Source: a candidate division FCPU426 bacterium | GTDB lineage: Bacteria > Oederibacteriota > PGYV01 > Palsa-1178 | Direction of reading: 5' to 3' | Length of the DNA stretch: 64,000 nucleotides | Assembly: GCA_963840035.1 (NCBI GenBank) | Contig: CAWIXE010000003.1 | Coordinates: forward strand, 96,001-160,000 | Part shown: piece after piece, positions 1-10,421 of the stretch | Layout: each line of letters opens with the position of its first letter | Position numbering within the stretch: the first letter of the stretch is position 1 | Position numbers and translations under genes: made by a program | Notes under the pieces: generated by a model | What the model was told of the DNA's origin: nothing | Database searches by the model: none | The model's input: the letters and a program-made list of their open reading frames with translations, nothing else

Positions 1-90
1 TGCAAATATGCGTATAATTGCATTAATGGGCTCTTACTTAACCCTTATACTTAATTCTTATCCTTAGCTCTTAGACTTAGTTTTTAAAAG

Positions 91-326
91 CAAGGGCTAC
101 AGGCTGAGGATAAGGGTTAAGGGTAAGGGTTAAGGCACGGACAAGGGCTACAGGCTGAGGGTAAGGGTTAAGGATAAGGGTTAAGGCACGGACAAGGGCT
201 ACAGGCTGAGGATAAGGGTTAAGGATAAGGGTTAAGGCACGGACAAGGGCTACAGGCTGAGGATAAGGGTTAAGGCACGGACAAGGGCTACAGGCTGAGG
301 ATAAGTGATAAGGATAAGGGTTAAGG
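91..326. repeat. Tandem repeat, 51-bp unit (3 full copies, one 38-bp copy, one partial)
   Basis: caagggctacaggctgagg starts at 91, 142, 193, 244, 282, each followed by 1-2 copies of (a/g)taagggttaagg. Confidence 0.95.
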
Positions 327-346
327 TGGGATAAAACGGAGGCATT

Positions 347-661
347 ATGGACTTAAACGAACTGCAGGCTAACTTTTTTAAGGCGCTTTCAAATCCTGTC
401 AGGCTGAAGATACTGAACGCCATAAAGGACCAGAACAGCTGCGTGTGCGACCTTGTCAAGGTTGTGGGCGAGACTCAGCCCCAGGTTTCGCGCCACTTAT
501 CAGCGCTTAAAAACGCCGGCATACTGACGGCGGAAAAGACAGGCACCAGGATATGCCACAGGATAAAAAGCAAAGAAGTCTACAGGCTGCTTGAACTCTC
601 AAAGGGCATTATAAGGGAAAAGAACGAAAAAATCATGTCAACGCTTGATAAAGGAGAATAA
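347..661 (+). CDS. ArsR/SmtB family transcriptional regulator
   Basis: FKALSNPVRLKIL...CVCDL...QPQVSRHLSALKNAGIL winged HTH; ggagg RBS. Confidence 0.92.
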   Translation: MDLNELQANFFKALSNPVRLKILNAIKDQNSCVCDLVKVVGETQPQVSRHLSALKNAGILTAEKTGTRICHRIKSKEVYRLLELSKGIIREKNEKIMSTLDKGE

Positions 662-662
662 C

Positions 663-1718
663 ATGGAAAAATTAATTGACCAAAAGACAGCGGAAGGCTT
701 AAAGGCTAAGTTCAGCCTCGAGATGAAAAACCCGGTTGACGTTAAGATTTTCATCAACGAAATAATTGACCCGGCATTCCCCCAGCAGGCGGAGATAAAC
801 CAGTTTGCAAAATCAATTGTTAAGGAAATGCACGACATAGACCCGAGGATTCTGCCGCAGGAATTCAATTTCAACAGCCCCGTGGCAAAGGAACTGAACC
901 TGACGGTAAGCCCTTCAATAGTCATAGGCTATGACGAAGGATACAGGATAATTTACAGCGGCGCTCCTGTGGGCCATGAAGCTTCATCATTCATTGAAAC
1001 TATAGTATTTGTTTCACGGGGCGAATCCGGTCTATCTCCGGAAGCCGCGGCTAAAATAGCAAAAATAAAGAAACCCGTTGAAGTGCTCGTGTTCGTTACG
1101 CCTGACTGTCCGTACTGCCCGGGGTCGGTTATTGCGGCCAACCGGGCGGCAATAGAATCAAAAGGTCTTGTCACGGCAATCTGCGTGGAATCCATGGAAA
1201 ACCAAAAACTTGCCGGCGAGTTTGGCGTTTCAGCGGTCCCGCAGCAGGTCATAAACAGGGACAAAGCGTCCATTACCACTGGCACTCTAAAGGAAAAACC
1301 GTTCATACTTCAGCTTCTGCAATATGGGGCGCCTGACGCATACGCTGAGGAAGCGGCAAAAGCAAAAGAAGAGGCTAAGCTTCCGGACAAGCCGGCGGGC
1401 GTGGTGCACTTAACTGATGAGAACTTTAAGGAAGCCGCGGCAAAATATGAGAATCTCGTGATAGATTTCTGGGCGGAGTGGTGCGGGCCGTGCAAGATAC
1501 TCGGGCCCATAATTGAGCAGCTTGCGGCTGAAAACGCGGGCAAAGTCGTCTACGGAAAGCTTAATGTCGATGAGAACCAGGCCATAGCCGCGGAATTCGG
1601 CATTATGTCCATACCCACAATCCACTATTACAAAAATGGTGTAAAAGCAGGGGAAACAGTGGGGGCGCTGCCAAAGGCCCAGCTGGAAGAAGCCGCAAAA
1701 AAATATTTTAACATATAA
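663..1718 (+). CDS. Protein disulfide oxidoreductase (glutaredoxin-like) fused to thioredoxin
   Basis: VFVTPDCPYC motif and C-terminal DFWAEWCGPC; start placed at ATG 663 after aaggag. Confidence 0.88.
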   Translation: MEKLIDQKTAEGLKAKFSLEMKNPVDVKIFINEIIDPAFPQQAEINQFAKSIVKEMHDIDPRILPQEFNFNSPVAKELNLTVSPSIVIGYDEGYRIIYSGAPVGHEASSFIETIVFVSRGESGLSPEAAAKIAKIKKPVEVLVFVTPDCPYCPGSVIAANRAAIESKGLVTAICVESMENQKLAGEFGVSAVPQQVINRDKASITTGTLKEKPFILQLLQYGAPDAYAEEAAKAKEEAKLPDKPAGVVHLTDENFKEAAAKYENLVIDFWAEWCGPCKILGPIIEQLAAENAGKVVYGKLNVDENQAIAAEFGIMSIPTIHYYKNGVKAGETVGALPKAQLEEAAKKYFNI

Positions 1719-1765
1719 TTTTCTGACAGAACTTGTTTGCTGACAGGGATGTCTTCTAAAGGTAT

Positions 1766-1844
1766 TGGTAGCCGCAGCCTTCAGGCTGCGCAAGGCGGGA
1801 CCTGGATAGGCCGACGTTACGCAACCTAAAGGTTGCGGCTGCCA
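1766..1844. repeat. GTAG-type REP-like inverted doublet
   Basis: tggtagccgcagccttcaggctgcg ... cgcaacctaaaggttgcggctgcca; same unit at 9320 and 11979. Confidence 0.8.
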
Positions 1845-1887
1845 GCGGTAAAAAATCAACACAGGAAAACAACATTCAGGAGGATAC

Positions 1888-2883
1888 ATGGACATACCTT
1901 TAAAAATGGAATTTAACTCAGCATCCCATAACAGCGGCGAGGCCGGCACGGACCATGATGTCATAATTATCGGAGGAGGCCCCGCGGGGTTGACCGCGGC
2001 GCTGTATAACGCCAGGTCAGGATTAAAAGTGCTTTTACTCGAAAGGCTCGCCACCGGAGGTCAGATCTTTATTACAGCCGAGGTTGAGAACTATCCCGGC
2101 GTTGACTCCATTTCCGGGCCGGAACTCTCCAGGATAATGGAAAGCCAGGCCCTGAAGTTCGGCACAAAACTTGAATTTGACGAAGTGGAAAGCATTGTGG
2201 ATTCAGGCGCAATAAAAGCAGTGCATACTGCCGGCGGAAAAGTGTATAAAGCCCCGGCCGTCATAATATCAACAGGCGCAAGGTATAAAGATTTAGGGAT
2301 TCCGGGCGAGGATTTTTACAGGGGAAAAGGCGTGTCAAACTGCGCCACGTGTGACGGCGCTTTTTATAAGGGCCTTGAAGTCGCTGTAGTGGGCGGCGGG
2401 GAAACAGCCGTGGAAGAGGGCGTATACCTCACGAAATTTGCCTCAAAGGTGCACTTAATACACAGAAGGGACAGGCTTCGCGCGTGCAAACACGCGCAGG
2501 AATCGGCGCGCAATAACCCGAAGATAAACTTTATCATGGACACGGTAGTGGATGAGATAAAAGGCGGCCCCAGGGGAGTGGAAAAGCTCCTGCTTTCAAA
2601 TGTAAAGACCGGTATAAAAAGCGAGCTTAATGCATCCGGAATATTTGTATTTATCGGGTTTAATCCGAATACCGCATTCCTCAAAGGTTTCATAGATATG
2701 GACGAGCAGGGGTATGTTAAGGTAAACCCTGATATGTCGACGTCCAGAGAAGGGGTATTTGCCTGCGGCGACTGCGTGCAGAAATCATTAAGGCAGGTGG
2801 TAACTGCGGCGGGAGACGGCGCTACGGCCGCGTATACGGCAGAACATTATTTGGACAGGTTAAAAGGTACGGAATATAAATAA
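1888..2883 (+). CDS. trxB: Thioredoxin-disulfide reductase
   Basis: IIGGGPAGLTAALY, CATCDG, VVGGGETAVEEG, GVFACGD. Confidence 0.96.
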   Translation: MDIPLKMEFNSASHNSGEAGTDHDVIIIGGGPAGLTAALYNARSGLKVLLLERLATGGQIFITAEVENYPGVDSISGPELSRIMESQALKFGTKLEFDEVESIVDSGAIKAVHTAGGKVYKAPAVIISTGARYKDLGIPGEDFYRGKGVSNCATCDGAFYKGLEVAVVGGGETAVEEGVYLTKFASKVHLIHRRDRLRACKHAQESARNNPKINFIMDTVVDEIKGGPRGVEKLLLSNVKTGIKSELNASGIFVFIGFNPNTAFLKGFIDMDEQGYVKVNPDMSTSREGVFACGDCVQKSLRQVVTAAGDGATAAYTAEHYLDRLKGTEYK

Positions 2884-2959
2884 GGCGGAAGTAGTGTTTT
2901 AAACGGCTTGTTTGAGTTTTACTGCGGTGGTTAATAGTTGTTTTAAAAAGATTTCAAGA

Positions 2960-3149
2960 TGTCATTGCGAGGAGGCGTTCTTGTACTTTGCCGACGAAGT
3001 CCTTCGGCAAGCTCAGGACCATGAGCACCGTCGAATGGCAATCCCTGTACTTAGCGGTAAAAACAGGGATTGTGGTTCGATGAACTCACCATCGTGAGCT
3101 TGTCGAACGACTTCGTCGCCATAAGGCAAAGCGGCTCCTCTCAATGACA
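2960..3149. repeat. GTCATTGCGAG palindromic element with two internal inserts
   Basis: tgtcattgcgaggagg...cgacgaag/caatc...gattg/cttcgtcg...ctcctctcaatgaca. Confidence 0.88.
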
Positions 3150-3170
3150 AACTGGAAACATAAACAATGA

Positions 3171-5459
3171 CTACTGCAGTTTTACTTCCGGTTTTAAGCT
3201 TAATATCACTACCCCAACCCCCAAAAACAACAACGCGAAAGCCATCACCCCATATAGCATGATGTAATCGCGCAGATGCGTGGGCGAGTACTTGAAGGTG
3301 ACTTCGTGCTGGCCTTTTGTGACCTTAACCCCCATAAAAATATCAAAGCATTTTTCTATTACCGCGGTCCTGTTGTCCACATAAACGGTCCAGCCGGGGT
3401 AATAGTTGTTTGAAAAAATAAAATAGCCGTCCTTTTCAATGTTTGCCGATATTTTAAAGAAAGTATAATCGAGTTCCTTCCGCCTTGACCACGAATACTG
3501 GCCAATTATGAGGTCCAGTTTGTCTTTGCCGCCCGAAGTAAAGAACATTGGCAGCGCCTTGGGATTTTTGAATATCATAATGCCGTTATCATATATTTTT
3601 TCAAAATCAGCGATGCCGGGGTCGGAAAGGGATACAAGGTATTTTACATTAAGAAGGTTTAGCTTTTCGCGGTCCAGCACTGAATCACCCTGTATGACGC
3701 TGTCTAAAAATTCCGTATATGCTTTGGGTTGGACCGGGTTATAACCGCCGGCGTCATTTAAACCGTATACTATGCCGGTATTGGACGGGATCTTATTTAA
3801 GAAGGCGTATTCAGCCTCAAGCGGCGTTTTGCCGCCTGTCATGTTCGCGGAGTTGGCCGCTTCGGTATGTATGAACTTATAATTTGAGGTGCGCAGCAGG
3901 GAGACTGTTGCCGGCTTATAATCAGGGCTGTAAATCTTTTCCGGGAGCACCGGGTTTACGCCGAAAGTAAAATAGATGAGTTCAAAGAATATGGAAAATA
4001 TGAGGGTGCATGAGTAAAAGGCCGGGGAAATCTTACCCTTGTCCTTGAAATAAAACAGGGCAAAATTAAAGCCGAAAATTGCCAGGAAAGAAAAGAGCCC
4101 GAAAATGAAATTGGAAAATGTCTTTGGCCCCAGCCCGTATGTTTTCATTACGACTTCCCTGTTTATGACCACCAGCAGCGTTAACGCGCATATCGCGCAG
4201 AGGGTGTAAAAAATAAGTCTGAAGACCCTCCTTGAGATGCCGTGCATGTAACGGAACCTGTCAATGAAGGGCGCCCTGGCAGGGGTAAACGAATTTATGT
4301 GCTGTACAGTGAAAGCGGCCATTATTGAGGCGGGTATTATAAACAGCGTCATGGCAAATCCCGGGTGGCGCAGCATGGAAAAATAGGGCAGAAAAGTGAA
4401 AAACCAGGCGTGCACAGGCGTGTTCTTGCCCAGGGCCAGCAGTAGTGAAACGCCGGCAAGCGTTAAGCTGAAAGTGTAAAGCCTGCTTTTTGGGTAGAAA
4501 AATGACAGCACGAGCAGGAATACCGCGGAGACCGAAAAAAAGTTCATGATTCCCATGGAATAAAGTATCCAGTCCCTTAAAAAATTTGTCTTAAAGCCGT
4601 TTAAACCGGCGGGCATGAGCATTGACCACATGTTCGTAAAAGCCATGGAAGTCTCCGCCGCTATGTTATATTCAAATGACTGGCCGCGCGAGGAAAGTTT
4701 TAGAAGTTCCATGAACATGCCGGCTTGCGGCATGGAAAGCATGAAGATGGCCGCGAGGGAAATGAAGAGGAAAAACATGGCGTTTATAATCCTGGAAACG
4801 GTAAATGAGGAACGGTCAGAGAGGTTAATATAAAGCCAGTATGCAAAAACCAGCAGGGCGGTGTACACGACTGTCGGCGGATGGCCGGCTAAAACGCACA
4901 GAGCGCAGAAAAGGACAAAAAGCGGCCAATAAACGGTTTTTTTAGTCTTTAGAAACATTGAGAACGAAAGCAGTATTAGAGGCATCCACGCGAAAGCTCC
5001 CAGGGCGCTTAAGAAATTTATCCTTGTGACGGTAAAGGTGTTAAAAAGGAATATCAGAGTACCGACTATCGACGGCACGCGCGAAAATTCAAGGTGTTTG
5101 AGGAGAAAATACATTGATACGCCCATGATGATGAAGTGAAGCGCAATGTAGATCTTAAAGGCAGGCGCGAAATTCAGAAGGAGGAATACCAGTCCGAGCG
5201 GGTAAAAGCCGCCTTTTTGGATGTCGGCTAAGAACGGGACGCCCGAAAAAACAGAGGGGTTCCAGTAAGGCGTGACGCCTGTCTCCACGCACCTTCTTAA
5301 AAAATCCTTCCACGGGTAAAACTGGGTAAAGATATCGCCGATGAAAAAACTCTCAGGAAGGAAAAACACGGGCGAAAAATATATGATGACGCACAGCGTT
5401 ATAAAGGCGGCCGCGCCAAGGTCGCGGGCCGTATTGTCCTGTCCCGGTGTAAATTTCAT
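3171..5459 (-). CDS. YfhO-like polytopic membrane protein (GT-C fold)
   Basis: GD..TQFYPW, PYWNPSVFSGVPFLAD, LNLLNVKY, NNYYPGWTVYVD; many TM helices. Confidence 0.82.
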   Translation of the reverse strand: MKFTPGQDNTARDLGAAAFITLCVIIYFSPVFFLPESFFIGDIFTQFYPWKDFLRRCVETGVTPYWNPSVFSGVPFLADIQKGGFYPLGLVFLLLNFAPAFKIYIALHFIIMGVSMYFLLKHLEFSRVPSIVGTLIFLFNTFTVTRINFLSALGAFAWMPLILLSFSMFLKTKKTVYWPLFVLFCALCVLAGHPPTVVYTALLVFAYWLYINLSDRSSFTVSRIINAMFFLFISLAAIFMLSMPQAGMFMELLKLSSRGQSFEYNIAAETSMAFTNMWSMLMPAGLNGFKTNFLRDWILYSMGIMNFFSVSAVFLLVLSFFYPKSRLYTFSLTLAGVSLLLALGKNTPVHAWFFTFLPYFSMLRHPGFAMTLFIIPASIMAAFTVQHINSFTPARAPFIDRFRYMHGISRRVFRLIFYTLCAICALTLLVVINREVVMKTYGLGPKTFSNFIFGLFSFLAIFGFNFALFYFKDKGKISPAFYSCTLIFSIFFELIYFTFGVNPVLPEKIYSPDYKPATVSLLRTSNYKFIHTEAANSANMTGGKTPLEAEYAFLNKIPSNTGIVYGLNDAGGYNPVQPKAYTEFLDSVIQGDSVLDREKLNLLNVKYLVSLSDPGIADFEKIYDNGIMIFKNPKALPMFFTSGGKDKLDLIIGQYSWSRRKELDYTFFKISANIEKDGYFIFSNNYYPGWTVYVDNRTAVIEKCFDIFMGVKVTKGQHEVTFKYSPTHLRDYIMLYGVMAFALLFLGVGVVILSLKPEVKLQ

Positions 5460-8400
5460 TTTTTAACGGGTCTTCCGCAATAATTATCCAGCATGTTGTT
5501 GTAAGGCGCTCCTGATAGTATTGATTTTGTGTAATAAGCGTACGCTTCTTTTTTCCTGCCAAGCTCCATTAAAAGCAGCGCCTTGTTGCCGAAAACGGCG
5601 CCGGCCGGAATTTTTACAATGGCCTCTTCGTAAGAGTTAAGGGGAACAAGAGTCTTCAGCGCGGATTCTATAATATCATATTCTGCAAGGGCCTGCGCGT
5701 ACTTTTTTTCATGCCGGTAAATGACCGCGAGATTGGCGCGCGCTTCCAGGTAATCCGGCTCCGCGGCCAGTGCCTTGACAAGGAGCGCCTCTGCCGTAGT
5801 GATATCCTCAAATTTAGAAAGGTAAAAATCAGCCATTTCAGAATATGTAAAAGCCCTGAAAGGATTTGCCTTAAGCGCGAGGTTATAATTGGTTAACGCT
5901 TCGGCGCGGTCATCCAGCGCTGAATACGCGCGGGCCAGGTGGAGCCGCGAGATGTAGTTTAAGCCGTCGGTCTTAAGGGAAGCCTCAAAAAACGGGGCCG
6001 CTGACCGGAAGTTGCCGTTCTTTTCGAAATACAGCCCTTTTTCAAAAGGATAAACCGAGTTAAAAGGTTCGGCAAGGCTTGCCTGCCTTAAGAAATCGTA
6101 ATTACCTGTGTGCCTGTAACGCGAGTAGAGAAACTCACCGGCTGCCGGGCGCACGGCAAAGCTGAATATTATAAAGGCAAATAGAAGGGCCGGGAAATAG
6201 TAAATTTTTGTAAATAGGAGGGCTTCCTTAGGGACTGTTTTAAGCGAATATTTTTCAACTGTAATCATGGAGGCCAGGATAGCCACGGTGTAAAGCATGC
6301 CCGGGACGTGCAACGTAAAATAAAAAAGCGAATGAAAAAGCACGCATGCCACAGCCACGTAGGAGCCCGCGCTTGCCGCCCAGAGTTTTCTGTGGCCTTC
6401 ATACGCGGGGACAGAGCGCATGAGGCTGAAGATAAGGTAGAGCATCAATAAAAGGCCTGTAATGCCTGTGGCGGCCGCTGCCTGCAGCAGCTCATTATGC
6501 GCGAATGGGGTTTCTTTCTGATAGCGGGCAATTGCCTTAATGGGGAAATTATAAGACGGGAATACCTTTTCAAAACTTCCTATGCCGTAGCCTAAGACAG
6601 GCTTGTCAGCGGCCATTTTAGCCGAGGCTTTCCATATGTCGAGCCTGTTGAAATAAAAAGGGTCCTGTTTAACCGCGGTCAATTTGCTGCCGGACGGGGT
6701 TATCCCGCCAAAGGCCATGAGCAGCAGCGTGAGCAGCCCGGCGCTCATGATAAAGTTCTTCAGCTTGACGGCGCCCGGGTTATCCTTTACCTTTTCCCTG
6801 AATGCCCTGTAATACAGCCAGCACGCGCAGAAAGCGAATATGAATGTGAGGATGCCGCTTTTTGAGTAAGCAAGCCCGGCTGACACCGCGAAAAGCAGGA
6901 GCAGTGAGGATTTGGCCCACGGCATGCGGGGATTTTTTTCCAGCAGAAGTTTTGAAAGCAGCAGGGAAAATGGTATTGCCATGTAACCGGCAAAAAGGTT
7001 CTGGTTCGGGAAAAAAGCGTCGGCGTAGGGGTAAGCGCCCGTAAAGTAACGGTAGAGGTACTGGCCCCCCGCGGCAACGGAAAGCGCGGCCCCGGTTATT
7101 ATTATGAAATTTACCATGGAAATACGGAACTGCAGTCGCCGCAGGAACTGTGAGGAAAGAAAATAAAGCGCGGCCGCCGCCAGCGCCATGGAAAAGTATT
7201 TCAGCCCTTCATAAAGGTCCGGCGTGAATAAAAGGGAAAAGCCGAGCCATCCCATCATGAGGATTATCGGGAAGTCTATGGATGTCCTCCTGATGTTTTC
7301 CTTGCTGACGGTTAAAATGGCAAAGCCCGCCGCTATTATGACGTTTATAAGCGAAAGAACATATACCTGCCTGCCGCCTGTTATGGCGCACAGCGCCAGT
7401 ACGGACATGACGCAGTAAAATATTATGGAGCGCCTTTTTCCCGGGCTTAAACCAAGGAGATAGGATAACTTGACCTTTTTTAACTGTATCATCCCTATAT
7501 TTATCTGGCTTAAAAGGGCGGCTAAGAGTATGAGAAAGACAATCGTGACCTCGAAGATGTATATGTCAAAATCCACGAGGTTATGTATTAGAAACGCTGT
7601 AATGCCTGTCAGGAGTGAAAAGACCAGGACTTTCCTGCGGGGCGTCCTTATAAAATAAAAGTTCTGGATAATTGAGGAGTAAGCCTTGAATCCGGCGGCA
7701 ATAAATAAGCAAAGCCCCACCAGCCCCATTTCTACGGCCGCCTGGAACATGAAGTTGTGGGCGTATTTTAAGTACCCTGATTTTCCAAAGGCCGGGTTGT
7801 TGTATATCATCTCAAAATTTCCGGGGCCGGCGCCTGTTAGGATGAACTTTTGCACGATATCAGCCATCTTCAGGTAGCTCTCAAGTTTTGCCTGGACGCC
7901 GTGGCCGAACATGGAAAAGCCGCGCATTTTAAGGACCAGCAGAAGCAGCCCCACGCACACGGCAAGAAGCATCATGAAAAGCCTCCGGAAAGTCACAAGG
8001 CTCGGGTCTGAAACCAACAGCAGGACAATAAAGGTGCCGGTGATAAGGGATATGAAAGCGCCCACTGATTTCGTGAGGATCAGGTTAAAGACCAGCAGCG
8101 CGAGCGCCGCTCCAAGGTAAGGCCTGTATTTTTTTTCCGATTTAAAAAGGCCGAGAAGCACGGGTATCATGAGTATTAAAAATCCGGCAAAAGTATTGGG
8201 GTATATGAAGGTGGAAAATACCCTGCGGGTCTCCAGGCGTTCGCGCATGGCCCAGAGGTTCTCGGAGGTCATGGAACCAAGATACTTAAGCGTTTCCTCA
8301 AAGCCGAAATAATACTGGTACAATCCGTAAAGCCCGAGAAGCACGGAGCACACCGCGAGGAATATGAGGATACGGGTGAAATGCTTTTTCGCGTAGTTAT

Positions 8401-8725
8401 ATACCACATAAAAGAAAAGCAGGTAAATGGCAAACGTAACCGCAGCGTTGAAAGAGGCGAATAGGGAACGGGAAAAAAGGGAGGAGGCGATAGTCCATAT
8501 AAAAAGGGCAAAAAGGTAGCCGTCAATCGGCGTGTCAATCTTGAGTTCTTCTTTTAAGAGCTTGCTGCTCATGATGAAGATAAATCCGGCTATTACTATG
8601 GCGCACTTGTATATGACGGCATAACCGGGTTTTAAATATGAGGGAAAAAACAGGGAAAAAGCGGTAAGTGCCGCGAGTATGGCGAGTATGGTGTAGTCCG
8701 CTATTTTTATGAGTTTGTCTGTCAT
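5456..8725 (-). CDS. O-antigen ligase-family protein with two Wzy_C-like modules and C-terminal TPRs
   Basis: [23 protein letters not shown] and [24 protein letters not shown]-like helical tail. Confidence 0.8.
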   Translation of the reverse strand: MTDKLIKIADYTILAILAALTAFSLFFPSYLKPGYAVIYKCAIVIAGFIFIMSSKLLKEELKIDTPIDGYLFALFIWTIASSLFSRSLFASFNAAVTFAIYLLFFYVVYNYAKKHFTRILIFLAVCSVLLGLYGLYQYYFGFEETLKYLGSMTSENLWAMRERLETRRVFSTFIYPNTFAGFLILMIPVLLGLFKSEKKYRPYLGAALALLVFNLILTKSVGAFISLITGTFIVLLLVSDPSLVTFRRLFMMLLAVCVGLLLLVLKMRGFSMFGHGVQAKLESYLKMADIVQKFILTGAGPGNFEMIYNNPAFGKSGYLKYAHNFMFQAAVEMGLVGLCLFIAAGFKAYSSIIQNFYFIRTPRRKVLVFSLLTGITAFLIHNLVDFDIYIFEVTIVFLILLAALLSQINIGMIQLKKVKLSYLLGLSPGKRRSIIFYCVMSVLALCAITGGRQVYVLSLINVIIAAGFAILTVSKENIRRTSIDFPIILMMGWLGFSLLFTPDLYEGLKYFSMALAAAALYFLSSQFLRRLQFRISMVNFIIITGAALSVAAGGQYLYRYFTGAYPYADAFFPNQNLFAGYMAIPFSLLLSKLLLEKNPRMPWAKSSLLLLFAVSAGLAYSKSGILTFIFAFCACWLYYRAFREKVKDNPGAVKLKNFIMSAGLLTLLLMAFGGITPSGSKLTAVKQDPFYFNRLDIWKASAKMAADKPVLGYGIGSFEKVFPSYNFPIKAIARYQKETPFAHNELLQAAAATGITGLLLMLYLIFSLMRSVPAYEGHRKLWAASAGSYVAVACVLFHSLFYFTLHVPGMLYTVAILASMITVEKYSLKTVPKEALLFTKIYYFPALLFAFIIFSFAVRPAAGEFLYSRYRHTGNYDFLRQASLAEPFNSVYPFEKGLYFEKNGNFRSAAPFFEASLKTDGLNYISRLHLARAYSALDDRAEALTNYNLALKANPFRAFTYSEMADFYLSKFEDITTAEALLVKALAAEPDYLEARANLAVIYRHEKKYAQALAEYDIIESALKTLVPLNSYEEAIVKIPAGAVFGNKALLLMELGRKKEAYAYYTKSILSGAPYNNMLDNYCGRPVKK

Positions 8726-9159
8726 TTTATCTGAAGCTTGGAGGCCGCCTCAAGCGCGAGATAATAACCCTGGTCGCCAAAACCCGAGATCTGGCCGACT
8801 GTGACCGGCGCGATAAAGGACTTCTGCCTGAAATCTTCGCGTTTGTAGATGTTTGACAAATGGACTTCGATGGTCGGTATGTTTATGGATGATATGGCGT
8901 CCCTGATGGCCACGGATGTATGCGTGTAAGCCGCCGGGTTTATGATGATACAGTCCGCCCAGTTCATGGCCTGCTGTATGGTGGTGACTATCTCGCCCTC
9001 GTGGTTTGACTGCACTATCTTTACTTCCATGCCCAGTTCCGCGGCTTTTTTCTCTATGTTTGAGTTTATTTCAGCGATGGAAATGTTGCCGTACACATTC
9101 GGTTCCCTCTGTCCCAGAAGGTTAAGGTTCGGGCCGTGTATGATAAGTATTTTTTTCAT
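8722..9159 (-). CDS. aroQ: Type II 3-dehydroquinate dehydratase
   Basis: [35 protein letters not shown]; start at MKKILII after ggag. Confidence 0.96.
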   Translation of the reverse strand: MKKILIIHGPNLNLLGQREPNVYGNISIAEINSNIEKKAAELGMEVKIVQSNHEGEIVTTIQQAMNWADCIIINPAAYTHTSVAIRDAISSINIPTIEVHLSNIYKREDFRQKSFIAPVTVGQISGFGDQGYYLALEAASKLQIK

Positions 9160-9294
9160 GCTGTGCTCCTCATTATTATAGTGGTTTTTTATCCCTGTTT
9201 CATTTGTTAAGTATAACAAAATAAGTTGTAAATTCAAGGGTGTTTTTATGCTATAATTATGGGGAATTAATGAACAATTTATGGCTTTAAGCAT

Positions 9295-9411
9295 TCATTA
9301 CGAGAAGGTGCTGTTGTCCTGGTAGTCGCAACCTTCAGGTTGCGGTACACCGTTACGCAGCCTAAAGGCTGCGGCTACCAGCAGCACCAAGGACGGCTCC
9401 TCGCAATGACA
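9295..9411. repeat. Composite: GTAG REP doublet inside the ends of a GTCATTGCGAG element
   Basis: tcattacgagaagg, then REP pair 9320-9380, then ggctcctcgcaatgaca. Confidence 0.75.
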
Positions 9412-9436
9412 ATCAAAAAAGAAAGGCATTTAAAAT

Positions 9437-10339
9437 ATGGACAAAATACCTTGTTTTCCCGATTTCACGCAGATTAGTATTGACCACAGGGAAGTCATAG
9501 AAAAGCGCCTTTTTGAAGCGCAGACTGCCCTCTCAGAGCTTAATTTCACCGAGATATACGCATGGCATGATTTAAGGGACATAAAAGCCACTGTCCATAA
9601 CAATAATATCTGCCTCCTGCTCAATAAGGGCGGGAAGGAATACTTTTACCCGCCGATAGGCAGCAATGAGCCCGTAAAAACCGTTATAGCCTTGCTTGAA
9701 TGGGGAGCAGGCGAGAAAAAAGACACTTACTTTTACTGCTTTGACGAAAAAGGCGCGGCCGCATGCGACGCCTCAGGCGTGCTGGCGGCGGAAGAGGACA
9801 GGGATAACGCCGACTATGTCTATGACATCAGCGACCTCATAAACCTCTCAGGAAGAAAATTTGACGGCAAGCGAAATCATTTGAAGGGTTTTTACAGGGA
9901 AAATGAGTTTGAGTTTCTCCACGTCACCCCGGAGATGATTGGTGAAATAAAAGAATTTCAGCAGAGGTGGTGCGAGGCGCGCGCGTGTGATGACGACCTT
10001 TCGCTCATAAATGAAAGCAAGGCGCTTCATGAAGTGCTGAATAGCTGGGACAAATTGGGCGTCTTTGGCGCGGTGATAAAAATAAAAGGCCACATACAGG
10101 CCTTTACCGCGGCCTCGGAGCTTAACAGCGAAACCGCCGTTGTCATGTTTGAAAAAGCAAACCCCATGTACAGGGGCATATACCAGGCCATAAACCAGCA
10201 GTTCTGCGAAAAGATGCTCTCAAAATATAAATGGATAAACAGGGAACAGGATACCGGGGACGAAGGCTTGCGGAAGGCAAAGATGTCATACAATCCCGCG
10301 CGGCTGGAGATGAAGTATAACGTAAGGTTAAGGGGATAA
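9437..10339 (+). CDS. DUF2156 / phosphatidylglycerol lysyltransferase C-terminal-like protein
   Basis: DYVY...LSGRKFDGKRNH, FEKAN, INREQDTGDEGLRKAKMSYNP. Confidence 0.88.
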   Translation: MDKIPCFPDFTQISIDHREVIEKRLFEAQTALSELNFTEIYAWHDLRDIKATVHNNNICLLLNKGGKEYFYPPIGSNEPVKTVIALLEWGAGEKKDTYFYCFDEKGAAACDASGVLAAEEDRDNADYVYDISDLINLSGRKFDGKRNHLKGFYRENEFEFLHVTPEMIGEIKEFQQRWCEARACDDDLSLINESKALHEVLNSWDKLGVFGAVIKIKGHIQAFTAASELNSETAVVMFEKANPMYRGIYQAINQQFCEKMLSKYKWINREQDTGDEGLRKAKMSYNPARLEMKYNVRLRG

Positions 10340-10341
10340 GC

Positions 10342-10404
10342 AGAGCCCAGAGCCCAAAGCTCAAGTGAAGGCATTTCCTTGGGCTATGAGCTCTGGGCTA
10401 TGGG
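10342..10404. repeat. Inverted heptamer array (AGAGCCC family)
   Basis: agagccc agagccc aaagctc aag / ctt gggctat gagctct gggctat. Confidence 0.9.
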
Positions 10405-10421
10405 ATTAAAAAAGGAGCTCC

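Noticed and set aside
91..326. Possible CRISPR array
   Set aside because: Intervening sequences are near-identical rather than unique spacers, and no cas genes are present.
250..459. 69-aa minus-strand ORF
   Set aside because: Antisense to arsR and runs into the tandem repeat.
2912..3097. 61-aa ORF (CHCEEA...)
   Set aside because: Translation of the palindromic repeat; no RBS.
9160..9294. N-terminal extensions in the ORF track (aroQ; likewise purA, pfp, fum alpha, rpoZ, remA, GT4)
   Set aside because: Downstream starts have RBSs and match family N-termini; extensions run through promoter or repeat DNA.
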